A DNA stretch of 64,000 nt. Origin: Candidatus Latescibacterota bacterium. GTDB lineage: Bacteria; Latescibacterota; UBA2968; UBA8231. The stretch covers positions 2,656,001-2,720,000 of the forward strand of contig OZ244561.1 in the NCBI GenBank assembly GCA_965217585.1, given 5' to 3'. Under the pieces are notes generated by a model. The model made no database searches, had not been told where the DNA came from, and was given only the letters and a program-made list of their open reading frames with translations. Below, piece after piece: positions 1-10,264 of this stretch (within the stretch, counting starts at the first letter, position 1; the number at the start of each line of letters is the position of its first letter). The position numbers and the translations under genes are program-made.

Positions 1-1
1 G

Positions 2-754
2 AGCGCGCTGCCGGCGGCGGAGCGCCCCGTCCTCTTCTTCAATCACCCCGCTGCCGGCCAGTGGTCCACAGATAGCATCAACCGCTATCTAGCCGCTGAT
101 TCGGCGGACCTCGTCGTCGGCATCGAAGCCCTGCACGGGCACCAAGCTTACGCCAAAGTCGCTGCGATGGACCCGTGTGCCTATCCGGGAGGGGCCATCG
201 GCGGCTTGGTTGACCAAGTGTACGCCTACCAGCGGCCATTTTCCCTACTGTTGCACTCCGATTTCCACGTTCACAAGCAATGGCACCAGCCCGACTATTC
301 GCTAGGCGTCTTCAATCACGCTTGGGTCGGCGTGGAATCAGGGCACCAACCCACCCCAGAAGCGATCTTCGCCGGCCTGCGCCAGGGGCGTACTTGTGCC
401 ATCCAAGGGCACTGGCTCGACCTCGTCGATTTCTCGGTCGATAACCATTTTATCGGCGACACTTGGACGGGAGGTGCCGGTGTTCTGAGCGCTGCCTTTG
501 AGGCAACCGAAGCGATCGAAAGGGCCGAGCTGATTGGCCGGTGGCAGCCAAACACCGCGCCCGCCGTGCTGGAGCGTCTGGGGCCCCTGCCAGCCGGGAG
601 CTGCGAATGGACGCTGGAGATCCCGCCCGATGCCCAGGGCTTTGTGCGTCTGCGCATAATCGCCGAGAGCCGTGCTCGCCCGGCACCGGGACCACCGGCC
701 CCCAAACACTTCCTCACCTCGGCAATCCTCTTAGACGCTAGCTGCGGCAGTTAA
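2..754 (+). CDS. PHP-domain metallohydrolase (CehA/McbA-like), 5'-truncated by the window edge
   Basis: The frame of ORF 167..754 is open back to base 2 (SALPAAERPVLFFNHPAAG...VVGIEALHG...). FNHP, GIE and HSDFH motifs are typical of PHP hydrolases. Confidence 0.6.
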   Translation, partial: SALPAAERPVLFFNHPAAGQWSTDSINRYLAADSADLVVGIEALHGHQAYAKVAAMDPCAYPGGAIGGLVDQVYAYQRPFSLLLHSDFHVHKQWHQPDYSLGVFNHAWVGVESGHQPTPEAIFAGLRQGRTCAIQGHWLDLVDFSVDNHFIGDTWTGGAGVLSAAFEATEAIERAELIGRWQPNTAPAVLERLGPLPAGSCEWTLEIPPDAQGFVRLRIIAESRARPAPGPPAPKHFLTSAILLDASCGS

Positions 755-856
755 GGAGACGACCTGTCCGCCAGTACTCTTCCGGCGAACAGCCCTGTGA
801 AGGAAAACCCGTTTTCTTATGTTTGAACGGTAAGATCTCAAACCACTGGAGTTTCC

Positions 857-3220
857 ATGTCTGTCCAGCCTGCCGTACGCATCGTCTATTGGAAAAGGTT
901 CACGCAGGCATCCCTGTTCTGTATGCTTTTCGCGAGCTCTGCCCTCCACGCCGAGTACCCCCCCGGTCAAGTCCGCTTAACGCCCAAGATCGACCTCCAC
1001 CTCGAACCAACGCCTGTGGAGGGACTCCCTGATCGCACCCTCAACCTCCCGCCTGGTTTTAAGGTCAAACTCTTCTCCGACCAAGTAGATAAAGCCCGAT
1101 TTATGGCCTGGGACGACCAAGGCGTCCTGCATGTGGCCAACATGAAGACTCGGGGAAGGAATCAATGGAGCCCGGCCTCCGGCCGCCAAAGCACGGTGTT
1201 GGCCTTGCCCGACAAGGACGGAGATGGCCGCGCCGACACCGTGTACAAGGCTGCCGACGACTTTCACTGGCCCCACAGCGTCGCCTTCTATCAGGGAGCA
1301 CTTTTCGTCGCCGACGACGATGCGATCTACCGCCTCGAAGACCGGGACGCGGATGGCTTTTACGAGGAGCGCACTGTCTTCGCCGAGGTGCCCGGTTTTA
1401 TGGGCCGTGCCTCTGAGCACGTAACCCATACACTGGTTTTCGACGAATCCAACGACAAGCTCTACTTCCACGTTGGCTCAAGTTGCGACCTGTGTCGCGA
1501 GGACGACCCCGAACGTTCCACGGTTCTACAGCTCAACACCGACGGCAGTGGTCGGCGGATCTTTGCCTCTGGGCTACGCAATGCCATCGGCCTCGACTTG
1601 CACCCGGTCACCGGTGAGCTATGGGGCGCTGGCAATGGGCACGACCGCGAAGGACTGGACTTGCCGCCGGAGTGGATCACCCCCCTCCGCGATGGCGGCT
1701 TCTATGGCTGGCCCTTGGCGTACGCCTATCAGGTCTGGACCGATTTCTCCATTGGTGCCTACCGAAGGGCGATCTTCCCGCTGACCGGTGCCGACTCGCT
1801 GTTGGTTGCCAACATGGAGCGTCCGGCGGCCCTCGTTCCCGCCCACTTGGCACCGATGGGGCTGCATTTCTACACGCACGACCAGTTTCCCCCCCAGTAC
1901 AAACACGCCGCGTTTGTCGCCTTCCGCGCGGGCGTCTTGGGCAACGATCCCGGCTACAAGGTCATGGCGCTTTTTGCCGCGCCCGATGGCTCCAACGTTC
2001 GCATCGCCGATTTTCTCATCGGCTTCCGCCCCAATCCCAACGAAAAGGCCGTGTGGGGTAAGCCGGTTGGGCTGATTACTGACGAAGCCGGACGCCTCTA
2101 CGTGACCAGCGATGACCTCACCCAAGCCATCTTCCGCATTGAAGCCAGCTCCCTCCAGGGCGCGTGGGAAAACCCGCCGCCCGACACCCTGCTCGCCGGT
2201 GCGTCGCTGCCGTTGCGTTCGACGATTCGCCTCTGGCGGCAAGCAGAAGGCGCAGAGCCAGCTCAGTTAACGGCCAATCTGGCTGCGCTGGGTGGCCCGG
2301 AGGCATTGCCGCTGCAACGAGTAGACGACCAGACCTATCGCTTGGAGGCCGACCTCTCAGCCGGCGAGCACAACGGCCGCAAAAAATTGGTGGTACATCT
2401 CGCTCAAGGCGACGAGGAGACTAAGCTGGTGCATTCTATCGTCGTGCTGCCCAGAGAGGATCAAGCCCTCTTTGCCGACGAGTTCGCTTGGGACCAAGGC
2501 GCACTCTACAGCGCGGAACTCGGCCCGACCCATACCGATACCGTCTTCGCCGGCCAGCGGGCGATGCGAGTAGAAGCTCGGGGTTTTTCCATTGAATTTC
2601 TGCCCCGCGAACCGGTCGCCAGCGTCGGCTACGTTGCGCTGCGCTTGGCCCTGCATCCCGGCACAGCCGTCGGCGGCTTCCGGCCATCTTTAGCTTGGGT
2701 TGTCAACGGCGATACCGACAATCGGTTGGATATGACGGATCAATTGGACTGGGAACTGGACCAATGGCAAGTGATTGAGATTAGCTTGGACCGGCTAGAC
2801 AGCGACGACCCTATCGAATCGTTGCGCTTCATCGGCTCTCTGCGCGGAACCTTCTATCTCGACGATATTTACTTGGTCGCCGCCCAGTCCTCTGGAGATA
2901 TTACGGCTGTACGGGAAGGGGACGACCGAAGCGGTGCGCCGCGAGAATTTGCCCTGGATCCGAACTATCCCAATCCGTTCAATAGCTCCACAACCATCCG
3001 CTACCGCCTCGAAGAGCCGGGCCGGGTGCGCTTGGATATTTTCGACGTACAGGGCCAGAAAGTGAAGACGCTCGCCGACGGCTATACAGGAGCGGGCGTT
3101 TACCAAGTTGAATGGGATGGGGCGGACGCCAGCGGGAAAGCTGTGGCCACGGGCGTCTATCTAGCGCGCCTACAGAAGGGCAACGCCTCATTAGTCCACA
3201 AGATGCTGTTGCTCAAATAA
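857..3220 (+). CDS. Secreted PQQ-dependent sugar/sorbosone dehydrogenase-family beta-propeller with accessory domains and FlgD/T9SS-type C-terminal domain
   Basis: Signal peptide; LPPGFKVKLF, GSSCDLCRE, ASGLRNAIG, GGFYGWP, PAHLAPMGL and GKPVGL...LYVTSD motifs; C-terminal NYPNPFNSSTTIRY...GVYLARL...KMLLLK. Confidence 0.8.
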   Translation: MSVQPAVRIVYWKRFTQASLFCMLFASSALHAEYPPGQVRLTPKIDLHLEPTPVEGLPDRTLNLPPGFKVKLFSDQVDKARFMAWDDQGVLHVANMKTRGRNQWSPASGRQSTVLALPDKDGDGRADTVYKAADDFHWPHSVAFYQGALFVADDDAIYRLEDRDADGFYEERTVFAEVPGFMGRASEHVTHTLVFDESNDKLYFHVGSSCDLCREDDPERSTVLQLNTDGSGRRIFASGLRNAIGLDLHPVTGELWGAGNGHDREGLDLPPEWITPLRDGGFYGWPLAYAYQVWTDFSIGAYRRAIFPLTGADSLLVANMERPAALVPAHLAPMGLHFYTHDQFPPQYKHAAFVAFRAGVLGNDPGYKVMALFAAPDGSNVRIADFLIGFRPNPNEKAVWGKPVGLITDEAGRLYVTSDDLTQAIFRIEASSLQGAWENPPPDTLLAGASLPLRSTIRLWRQAEGAEPAQLTANLAALGGPEALPLQRVDDQTYRLEADLSAGEHNGRKKLVVHLAQGDEETKLVHSIVVLPREDQALFADEFAWDQGALYSAELGPTHTDTVFAGQRAMRVEARGFSIEFLPREPVASVGYVALRLALHPGTAVGGFRPSLAWVVNGDTDNRLDMTDQLDWELDQWQVIEISLDRLDSDDPIESLRFIGSLRGTFYLDDIYLVAAQSSGDITAVREGDDRSGAPREFALDPNYPNPFNSSTTIRYRLEEPGRVRLDIFDVQGQKVKTLADGYTGAGVYQVEWDGADASGKAVATGVYLARLQKGNASLVHKMLLLK

Positions 3221-3221
3221 T

Positions 3222-3656
3222 ATGCAGCGTCTCAACCTCCCGGCCGCTGCGTTTGACATCCGCCAAGTCGAAGGCAAGCGCGAGATACTAGACCCTTTGC
3301 GCCGCAAGTACGTGCGATTGACGCCCGAGGAGTGGGTGCGGCAGCACTTGGTGCAATATCTAGTATCGGACTTGGGCTACCCGCGCGGGTTGATCGCCAT
3401 TGAGAAAAGCATTGACCTCCACGGCAAGCAATTTCGCGCCGATGTCATCGTCCACAATCGTGCGGGCGGTGCCGTGCTAATGGCCGAGTGCAAAGAGCCG
3501 GACGTTTCCATCAGCCAGCAGACCTTCGACCAAATTGCCGCATACAACCGCGTGGTCCAGGCCCGCTGTCTTTTGGTCACCAATGGCTTGGTCCACTACT
3601 GCTATGTCACCGATCGCGGCTTCATCGACCAAGTGCCGCGTTACGACGAGTTATGA
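3222..3656 (+). CDS. Stand-alone type I restriction enzyme HsdR N-terminal domain protein (HSDR_N_2)
   Basis: DPLRRKYVRLTPEEWVRQH, RADVIV, AECK, QIAAYN and LVTNGL motifs. Confidence 0.85.
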   Translation: MQRLNLPAAAFDIRQVEGKREILDPLRRKYVRLTPEEWVRQHLVQYLVSDLGYPRGLIAIEKSIDLHGKQFRADVIVHNRAGGAVLMAECKEPDVSISQQTFDQIAAYNRVVQARCLLVTNGLVHYCYVTDRGFIDQVPRYDEL

Positions 3657-3663
3657 ACGTTTT

Positions 3664-4875
3664 TTAGCCTGCCTCCGCGCTCCAGAAATCCGATACGACA
3701 CCATCCCGCGCGATCATCCTCTCCAACGCCAATAAGTTCCGCATCACGCACCGCGGATGGTGATAGTGCTCTTTTCGGGATACGTGGTCGGTGTAATTCA
3801 CCTTCCGGTCGCCGCCATACAAATACAGCGGATATCCATACTGCTTGAGCGAAAACCGCTCCTCTACGTAATCGAAAATTCGTCCAAACCACTCCCCGGC
3901 CCACTCCACCCCCGCGTGTTCCAACAGAATCAGACAGCCGATCAAGGCCTCTTCCTGCAACCAGAGCACCTTGTCGAAGGTATAGGTTCCGTGTACGTGC
4001 ATCGCGCGGAAAAGCCCGCCATAGACGTCATCCCAGGCCACTTCGAGATGGCGGCGGAAGCGCGCGGCAGCCAAATCAAAGAGTGCGCGATCTCTGCGGC
4101 GCATCGCCTCGGGCAGCAGCATCCACAGCGTCTCGATTGCGTGGCCTAAGTAGATAAAGTCCTCGTTGGGGTCGTCGGGCCGTCTGTAATCGTGGTCCAG
4201 TGCCTCGTTCATCAGGCGGTACTCGGGATGCCAGAAGCGATGGACAATCGCATCGACGACGCGGTCGGCGAGCGCTTCCAACTTGGGGTCGGCAACCTGT
4301 TCGAGTAGCTGTGTCAGTATCAGCACTAGCACCATCTGGTTGCCTAGTATTCGCATCCCAGGATAGTTGTGCGGGATGTACCCTTCCTCTGGGGAGCGCT
4401 CGGGATCGTCAAAAAAAGAAACCGATCGCCAGAGGCTAGCTATGGCGGTTTCGAGAGCCTCTGCGTCGCCGGTCGCACAGGCGTAGGCCTGTAGCCCCTC
4501 GGCGACGAAAAGGCCCTCGTAGCCTCGCTTCGTAGCCGGCGAGACGACCCGTCCCCGCCGATCTAATGCCGTTACCCAATCGCCTGCTTGGTCTCGGCCA
4601 TGAGCTAGGAGAAAGTCGCGTGCCTTGCGTGCCACCTGCAGGTGTTCCTCCCCACCAAAGTGCTGGTATAGATACGAGTATGTCCACAGGCCGCGACCCT
4701 GATACCACATGTTTTTGCTGTCTTCTAGGCGAGTGCCGTCGTGATCTAGGGCGCAGATAAACCCGCCTAACTCGTGGTCTATGCCGTACTGGGACCAAAA
4801 GGGCAGATACTCCTCGAAGAGGTAATGCCGATAGTGGTCCCTGAAAGCGATCAGGCTTTTCCCCGCGATATCCAT
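3664..4875 (-). CDS. AGE-family (N-acylglucosamine 2-epimerase-like) epimerase/isomerase
   Basis: YLPFW..GIDHELGGF, KNMWYQGRGLWTYS, GHAIETLW, KVLWLQEE and EHYHHPR motifs. Confidence 0.85.
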   Translation of the reverse strand: MDIAGKSLIAFRDHYRHYLFEEYLPFWSQYGIDHELGGFICALDHDGTRLEDSKNMWYQGRGLWTYSYLYQHFGGEEHLQVARKARDFLLAHGRDQAGDWVTALDRRGRVVSPATKRGYEGLFVAEGLQAYACATGDAEALETAIASLWRSVSFFDDPERSPEEGYIPHNYPGMRILGNQMVLVLILTQLLEQVADPKLEALADRVVDAIVHRFWHPEYRLMNEALDHDYRRPDDPNEDFIYLGHAIETLWMLLPEAMRRRDRALFDLAAARFRRHLEVAWDDVYGGLFRAMHVHGTYTFDKVLWLQEEALIGCLILLEHAGVEWAGEWFGRIFDYVEERFSLKQYGYPLYLYGGDRKVNYTDHVSRKEHYHHPRCVMRNLLALERMIARDGVVSDFWSAEAG

Positions 4876-4890
4876 GTCGTTCTCCTAGAG

Positions 4891-5790
4891 CTAAGAGTCC
4901 GGATCGGTCTTAAAGCGGCCTTGGCCATCGATGTGCAAAGAAGCCCGCGTCTTCCCCTCTTCGTCGTAGAAGTCCAGCCGAGGGTTCCCGCCGGTCGGTA
5001 GGCCTAACCCGGCGCGGAAACGCTGTTCCTCGTCGAGAACCCCAAGCCAAGCGATTCCCTCTTCCAGTACCCCGACGATGGTGCGCGTGTGGCTGTCTTG
5101 GTCGCGCATTTCAAGCAAGGTCATGCCATCGGCCCGCACGCTCAATGTGGCGCGCACCTCGCCTTGGGCATCGTAGAGCTTGAGCGAAGGCACTTCTTCG
5201 TCTTCGAGGCCGCTTTGCAGCCGCATCCGTCCTTGGGCATCGAAGAAACTCAGCCGCATTGCGCCAGCGTGGCCACTGCCTAGGCCCGCGCGAGGCCGCC
5301 CGGTCTCGTCGTAAAAGGCCAAACTGCCGGCCCCGTCCTCGCTTAGCGAAAAGCCCGCCCGCACTTCGCCCCGCTCGTCGTAGAGTTCCAGCAGCGGGGC
5401 CTTATCGCTCCCTAACCGCAAGTCGGCCCGCACCTGTCCTTCTCGGTCGCGCAACCTAAGCCCATTGCTCAGCACGGCGGTAATTTCACCGTCGGCATCC
5501 CTCAACTCCAGTTCGCCGCCATTGGGGCCTTGCACCAATTGAGCCAGTAGTTGGCGCTCGTCGCCGCGCAATACAAAGCGCCGTGCCTGCACCGTCCCCA
5601 GCCGCCAACGCGCGACGAGCAACCCCAGCGAGATCAGCAGTGCCGCTCCACTGGCCAAACCCACTAGATAGACGACGCGCTCCAACTCCTCCAAGTCCTT
5701 CCTCAAGGCATCCCCTTCTAGGGGCTGAGCTCCACCAAACGAGCTGAGCAGGACTAGCAATTGCACCGCCTTTAGCCAATGGATCGACAT
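4891..5790 (-). CDS. Membrane-anchored hypothetical protein with about nine 23-aa LxLxDxxGxxRAxL repeats
   Basis: Signal-like N-terminus, one TM helix, then regular repeats (LELYDERGEVRAGF, LAFYDETGRPRAGL, LKLYDAQGEVRATL, LDFYDEEGKTRASL). Confidence 0.7.
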   Translation of the reverse strand: MSIHWLKAVQLLVLLSSFGGAQPLEGDALRKDLEELERVVYLVGLASGAALLISLGLLVARWRLGTVQARRFVLRGDERQLLAQLVQGPNGGELELRDADGEITAVLSNGLRLRDREGQVRADLRLGSDKAPLLELYDERGEVRAGFSLSEDGAGSLAFYDETGRPRAGLGSGHAGAMRLSFFDAQGRMRLQSGLEDEEVPSLKLYDAQGEVRATLSVRADGMTLLEMRDQDSHTRTIVGVLEEGIAWLGVLDEEQRFRAGLGLPTGGNPRLDFYDEEGKTRASLHIDGQGRFKTDPDS

Positions 5791-5813
5791 GCCGTAGTTT
5801 TCCGTTTCTGGCC

Positions 5814-6803
5814 CTACGCAGTTTGCGTCTCTTTGTTAACCGCTTGGATCATGGCGATGATATACCCGAACTGAAAGGCCCAGGCTTGGCGCACCCGGCC
5901 CGAAGCGCCCGCGGGCGGGTTGTCGTCGGGGTGGGACGGCGCGTGGTCGGGCATCAGCATGTATTCATAGTCTACGTCCCTCAAGGTGCGCGCCACCTCG
6001 TGCATGTCGACGTCGCCTTCGTCGGGCCAGACCTCTTGGAAATTGTGCAGCCCGCCCTTGATGTTGCGGTAGTGGATGTTGAAGAGCTTCCCCCGCTCGC
6101 CGAAATAGCGCACGATATCGCAAAGCTCTTCCGCCGGATTCTCCAACCCCTCAGACGCCACGCCGCAACAAAAATTAAAGCCGTGATACGGGCTATCGAC
6201 CAGCTCGGAAAAGCGCTTGAGCCCCTCCATCACTGGCCAGTTCCAGCGTTCGACGCCACGCAGGACAGGCGCTGGCGGATCGTTGAGATGGCAGGCCATC
6301 TGCACCTTGTTTTCCTCGGCTACCGGAATCACGCGCTCGAGCCAATAGGCCGCCCGTTCAAATGCTTCTTCGCGGCTGACCACGCCCGCTTCGCTCAGCG
6401 TTTCGTTGTCGAACTTCGCTAGGTCAAATGAGCTGTACGTCACGCCCCCGCGCCCGGGCGTGGGCTCGGTGCGCTGGTGCGGCAGGATGCAGAAATTGTA
6501 GAGCAATGCCCGCAGCCCGGCCTTGCTCGCGTTTTCGATCCAACGGCAGACCTCGTCGAGGTCTCGGTCTCGCTGCGGGTCCTGCGCCAGCGTGACGCTT
6601 TTGGGTACGCCGATGTGGATCGCCTCCATGCTTACCCCGTACTCGGCCGCCTCCTCCTTGTGTCGCACCAGTGTATCGACTTCGTTGTCCTCTACTGAGG
6701 CATCCATGTGCGTCACTCCGTGCCGCACCAGAAACTCTAGCTCCATCTTTGAGGTCCCGATTCCCTGCACTCCGACGTGCATGCTGCTTTGTCCGTCACT
6801 CAT
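5814..6803 (-). CDS. uxuA: Mannonate dehydratase (UxuA) family protein
   Basis: LERVIPVAEE..V.MACHLNDPP, GFNFCCG, NIHYRN, E..PDEGDVDM and LMPDHAP motifs. Confidence 0.75.
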   Translation of the reverse strand: MSDGQSSMHVGVQGIGTSKMELEFLVRHGVTHMDASVEDNEVDTLVRHKEEAAEYGVSMEAIHIGVPKSVTLAQDPQRDRDLDEVCRWIENASKAGLRALLYNFCILPHQRTEPTPGRGGVTYSSFDLAKFDNETLSEAGVVSREEAFERAAYWLERVIPVAEENKVQMACHLNDPPAPVLRGVERWNWPVMEGLKRFSELVDSPYHGFNFCCGVASEGLENPAEELCDIVRYFGERGKLFNIHYRNIKGGLHNFQEVWPDEGDVDMHEVARTLRDVDYEYMLMPDHAPSHPDDNPPAGASGRVRQAWAFQFGYIIAMIQAVNKETQTA

Positions 6804-6844
6804 TTCTGTTTCCCCTTTCTATAAAATGGCAAGATGGACCATCG

Positions 6845-7630
6845 TTAAGCCGATGCCCCTGAATAGTGCCGCACCCCCCACAACCAAAACGCCCGCGCCC
6901 CCACCAGCATTCCTGCCGCCATTGCCAACGCGCCCCACAACACCTCCGGCGACAACCGCCCGACCAAGGCTTCCGACGGCACAGTCACCGCAAAGGCCAC
7001 CGGCACCAGAAAGGTCATCGCCAGCTTGAGCCAGCGCGGATAGATGGCCACTGGATACTTGCCAGCATTGTAAACGGCTTGAAAGATCACTAGGATGTTT
7101 TCTGCTTTGATAAACCAGAATGTAGTTGTTGCTAGCACCAGCCAAAAACTGTAGACGATTGCCGCGCCAGCCGCAAGCGTCAGGGCAAATCCCGCCGCGT
7201 GTGCAAGGCCCGTCTGCATCCCGATTTCGACTAGGGCCACTGCAATCAGTGCCGTCCCCTGCACTACGTCCAAAAACTTCCAAATCCGCACCTCGCCGAC
7301 GCTCACTAGCACTTGTGAGTCCTCCGGCTTAGTGAGGGTAAAGTCCAGCGTGCCTAGGCGCACGTCCTCCATAAAGCGCTGCATCGACGGCTGGATCAGT
7401 GCGCCAATCAGGCCGCTCATCAGGAAGAACACCCCCAAGAGAGCCACCAGTTCGGCCGGTTGCCAGCCGCCCAGTTCCTCGGTATGCGAGAAAATCACCG
7501 CCAAACCCGCCAGCGCGACTCCTAGATTGAGCAAGCTCTGCAGGAGCTGCACCCAGAAATTGGCTCGGTACGCCAGTTCGTTCATTGCGCCGATGCGCAG
7601 AAAGATCCACAGTAGCCGTAAATAGTTCAT
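6845..7630 (-). CDS. ABC-2 family transporter permease (DUF990 type)
   Basis: Start moved to MNYLRLLW (ATG at 7630, ATGA overlap with the upstream stop); YRANFW, GTLDFTLTKP, GKYPVAIYP and C-terminal YSGASA. Confidence 0.85.
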   Translation of the reverse strand: MNYLRLLWIFLRIGAMNELAYRANFWVQLLQSLLNLGVALAGLAVIFSHTEELGGWQPAELVALLGVFFLMSGLIGALIQPSMQRFMEDVRLGTLDFTLTKPEDSQVLVSVGEVRIWKFLDVVQGTALIAVALVEIGMQTGLAHAAGFALTLAAGAAIVYSFWLVLATTTFWFIKAENILVIFQAVYNAGKYPVAIYPRWLKLAMTFLVPVAFAVTVPSEALVGRLSPEVLWGALAMAAGMLVGARAFWLWGVRHYSGASA

Positions 7631-8430
7631 GAGCCGACCGCCGAGTATCTGCGCACGCCGCGCGACCAGACCGCGGTCAGAATCCCCCAGCTCAGCCCCA
7701 GCCACATCACCTGCGCCGCCGCGCCCCAGAGCACTTCGGTGGGCGTGAGTCGGCCGAGCAGAAGTTCGGTGGGGAAGGCCAGCATCCAGCGGAAGGGCAA
7801 AAGCGCGGCCAGCGTCTGGAGCCACTCGGGCAAAAGCGACAGCGGTGCCATCTGGCCCGAAAAGAAAAGCGCGACCGCGAAGTAGAGTTGGTTGGCCGCG
7901 GCCGTGCGCGTTGTCCACAGAGCCACTAAAGCCAGTGCCCACTCGACGAAAAAGCGCATCAGGAAAGCCAGCAGGATGACAGGTATCGAGGCCCAAATTG
8001 CCCAAGCCGGCGGGTCGAAGACGGGATCGAAGAGCCAGATCATTAGACCCATCGTCGGCAGCATTACCGCCAGGGTCAGAAACTTGTAGGAGATATTCGT
8101 GGCGATGTCGCGGTGGATCGGGTGCAGCGGCTGGAGCAGGAGCGGCGAAAAGCCCCCCGACCGCACCCGATATTCAAATTCGAACATAAACCAAGTAAAC
8201 GTCAGGTGGCCCACCATCATCATGACGATGTAGTAGGCGGCAAAGTCCCCGGTAGAGAAGTCGCCCACCTGCCCGCCCTGCGAGTGGGCCACCGCCGTCC
8301 ACACCGAAAGGAAGACCAGCGCGTCGACGACGCGCCCGATCAGCCAGATTGCCATTGCCGCCCGGTACTGGAACTGCACGGCCAAATCGGTGCGGAAGAG
8401 CGTGGTGTAGATGTCGGCTAGCCCCCTCAT
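7627..8430 (-). CDS. ABC-2 family transporter permease
   Basis: Multi-TM protein with QYRA, LLQPLHP, FSGQMAPLSLLP and YSAVGS end; coupled to the ATPase gene. Confidence 0.85.
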   Translation of the reverse strand: MRGLADIYTTLFRTDLAVQFQYRAAMAIWLIGRVVDALVFLSVWTAVAHSQGGQVGDFSTGDFAAYYIVMMMVGHLTFTWFMFEFEYRVRSGGFSPLLLQPLHPIHRDIATNISYKFLTLAVMLPTMGLMIWLFDPVFDPPAWAIWASIPVILLAFLMRFFVEWALALVALWTTRTAAANQLYFAVALFFSGQMAPLSLLPEWLQTLAALLPFRWMLAFPTELLLGRLTPTEVLWGAAAQVMWLGLSWGILTAVWSRGVRRYSAVGS

Positions 8431-9401
8431 GCGCGTTCAAAAACTTCTTCGATCACGTCCTCAATCGGCGGATCTTCCACCGTCAGATCGAGAACGGGTT
8501 GCTCGCTGAGGAGCCGTCCGGTCACCTGCGCCGTCTCCGCCTTGGGCACTCGTAGCGATACGCGCCCCTCGCTACTGGCGACTATTTCTCCATAGCCCCC
8601 GAGGTCTCCGTGCCCATTTTCCAGTTCGACGATGATCGTCTTATGCGGTGAGAATCGCTGCACTAGCTCGGTGAGCTGGCCGTCAAAGAGCAGCAGGCCG
8701 CGGTGGATGACCACCACCCGTTTACACAGCGCCTCGACATCGGCCATGTAGTGACTAGTGAGGAGCACGGTGGCACCGTAGCGCTGATTGTATTCGCTTA
8801 AAAAGGCGCGGATCCGCCGCTGCATGGTCACGTCGAGGCCGATGGTCGGCTCATCGAGGAAGAGGACTTGCGGCTTGTGCAAAAGCGCGACGGCAACTTC
8901 GCACTTCATGCGCTCGCCCAAGGAGAGGTTGCGCACGGGCTTGTCGAGGAGCTCACCTAGGTCGAGGAGCGCGGTCAGTTCGTCGACTGTTTGCTGGTAC
9001 GCGCTCCGGTCTAGACGGTAGATAGCCCGGTTGCGTTCAAAGGAGTCGATTACCGGAATGTCCCAGAGCAGTTGGTTGCGATTGCCCATCACCAAGGTGA
9101 TCTGGCGGAGGAAATCGCGCTGCCTTTTGAACGGCTCAAAACCGAGGACTCGCCCTTGTCCGCCGGAGGGGTACAGGAGGCCCGAAAGCATCTTGAGGCT
9201 GGTGGTCTTGCCCGCGCCGTTAGGCCCCAAGAAGCCGACGATTTCGCCGGGGGCGACCTCAAAGCTGATCTGCTTAACCGCCTCGACTTGGCGCGTCTGG
9301 CGCTGCACGAGGCTCTTGAGCGCCGCGGCCAAGCCGCCCTCGCGCACGGGGACCGCATAGGTCTTGCTCAATTCGCGGACATCAATGGCGGGCACTGCCA
9401 A
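8427..9401 (-). CDS. ABC transporter ATP-binding protein
   Basis: Walker A GPNGAGKTT, LSLGERMK signature, LFLDEPT and TSHYM. Confidence 0.95.
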   Translation of the reverse strand: MAVPAIDVRELSKTYAVPVREGGLAAALKSLVQRQTRQVEAVKQISFEVAPGEIVGFLGPNGAGKTTSLKMLSGLLYPSGGQGRVLGFEPFKRQRDFLRQITLVMGNRNQLLWDIPVIDSFERNRAIYRLDRSAYQQTVDELTALLDLGELLDKPVRNLSLGERMKCEVAVALLHKPQVLFLDEPTIGLDVTMQRRIRAFLSEYNQRYGATVLLTSHYMADVEALCKRVVVIHRGLLLFDGQLTELVQRFSPHKTIIVELENGHGDLGGYGEIVASSEGRVSLRVPKAETAQVTGRLLSEQPVLDLTVEDPPIEDVIEEVFERA

Positions 9402-9505
9402 AGGTTTCGCGTCTCCGGGTTAGAGGGTAAAGGGCGAATATAACCGAAAGGATTAACAGGGAAAATCAGCTATCGGCGCGTCTCCTTTGCCGAAGATGCC
9501 CGATC

Positions 9506-10117
9506 CTAGGCGAGGGGTCGGCCGCAAAGCCGGATGCGCATGGAATCGAGGGGAAAGGCTGGGCCGGGATCGACTTTGCGCGAGGGAGCGATTTCCTCGT
9601 GGCCGAGAATGTGCTGGATGCCGTAGCGTTGGATCAGCGCAGCGCAAATCGCCTCGATGACCGCTAGCTGTTCGCTTGGGTAGCGGTGCCAGTAGGAGGC
9701 CTCCGACTGGTTGCGATGGACGCCGCGCACCACTTCCTCGGGCGGATATAGCTGCCCAAACCAAGACTCGTAGCCGCCATCTCGCTCGCAAAGCTGGCCG
9801 GCGTTATCGATCTCGATGCCGATTGCATATTTGTTAAACCCCGAGCGCGTCCCCCAGTGGCTCACGCCAGCGTGCCAGCCGATGATGTCGAAGGGCAACA
9901 ACTGCGTCACTGCGCCGTCGCGGGCAACCACTAGATGGGCCGAGACCTTGTTTTCGCGCTGGTCGTCGCAGAGGGTGTGGATGGCCGACTCGGCGTTGGC
10001 ACCGGCCGTATAGTGAATGACGATGGTGTCCGGCAGCCCTAGGGCAAATGGGTCGCCTTGGTTGGGCGATTCGATGTAGTTGACGCCTTTGAAGCGGTGG
10101 TTAAGGTCTATTTCCAT
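9506..10117 (-). CDS. N-acetylmuramoyl-L-alanine amidase (Amidase_2, AmpD-like)
   Basis: IVIHYTAG, VSAHLVV, WHAGVS, IGIEIDN and GHEEIAP.RKVDPGP Zn-amidase motifs. Confidence 0.9.
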   Translation of the reverse strand: MEIDLNHRFKGVNYIESPNQGDPFALGLPDTIVIHYTAGANAESAIHTLCDDQRENKVSAHLVVARDGAVTQLLPFDIIGWHAGVSHWGTRSGFNKYAIGIEIDNAGQLCERDGGYESWFGQLYPPEEVVRGVHRNQSEASYWHRYPSEQLAVIEAICAALIQRYGIQHILGHEEIAPSRKVDPGPAFPLDSMRIRLCGRPLA

Positions 10118-10264
10118 AGTATTTTCAGTAGATGCGTTTTCTACACAATAGACGCGGAGGGCCGCAGTCGATAGGTGCTATTTCGTTGTTGAGCCACGAT
10201 TAAGATATATTATACGAAATGCGAAAACGCGTCGAGCATCACCTCCCTTTAGGGTTGACTGCCC

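Noticed and set aside
3222-3656. HsdR N-terminal protein as part of a restriction system
   Set aside because: No hsdM, hsdS or helicase nearby and host-like composition; this stand-alone family is common in FCB genomes.
6845-8005. 386-aa version of the ABC-2 permease
   Set aside because: The extension overlaps the neighbouring permease; the ATGA-coupled start at 7630 fits the family.
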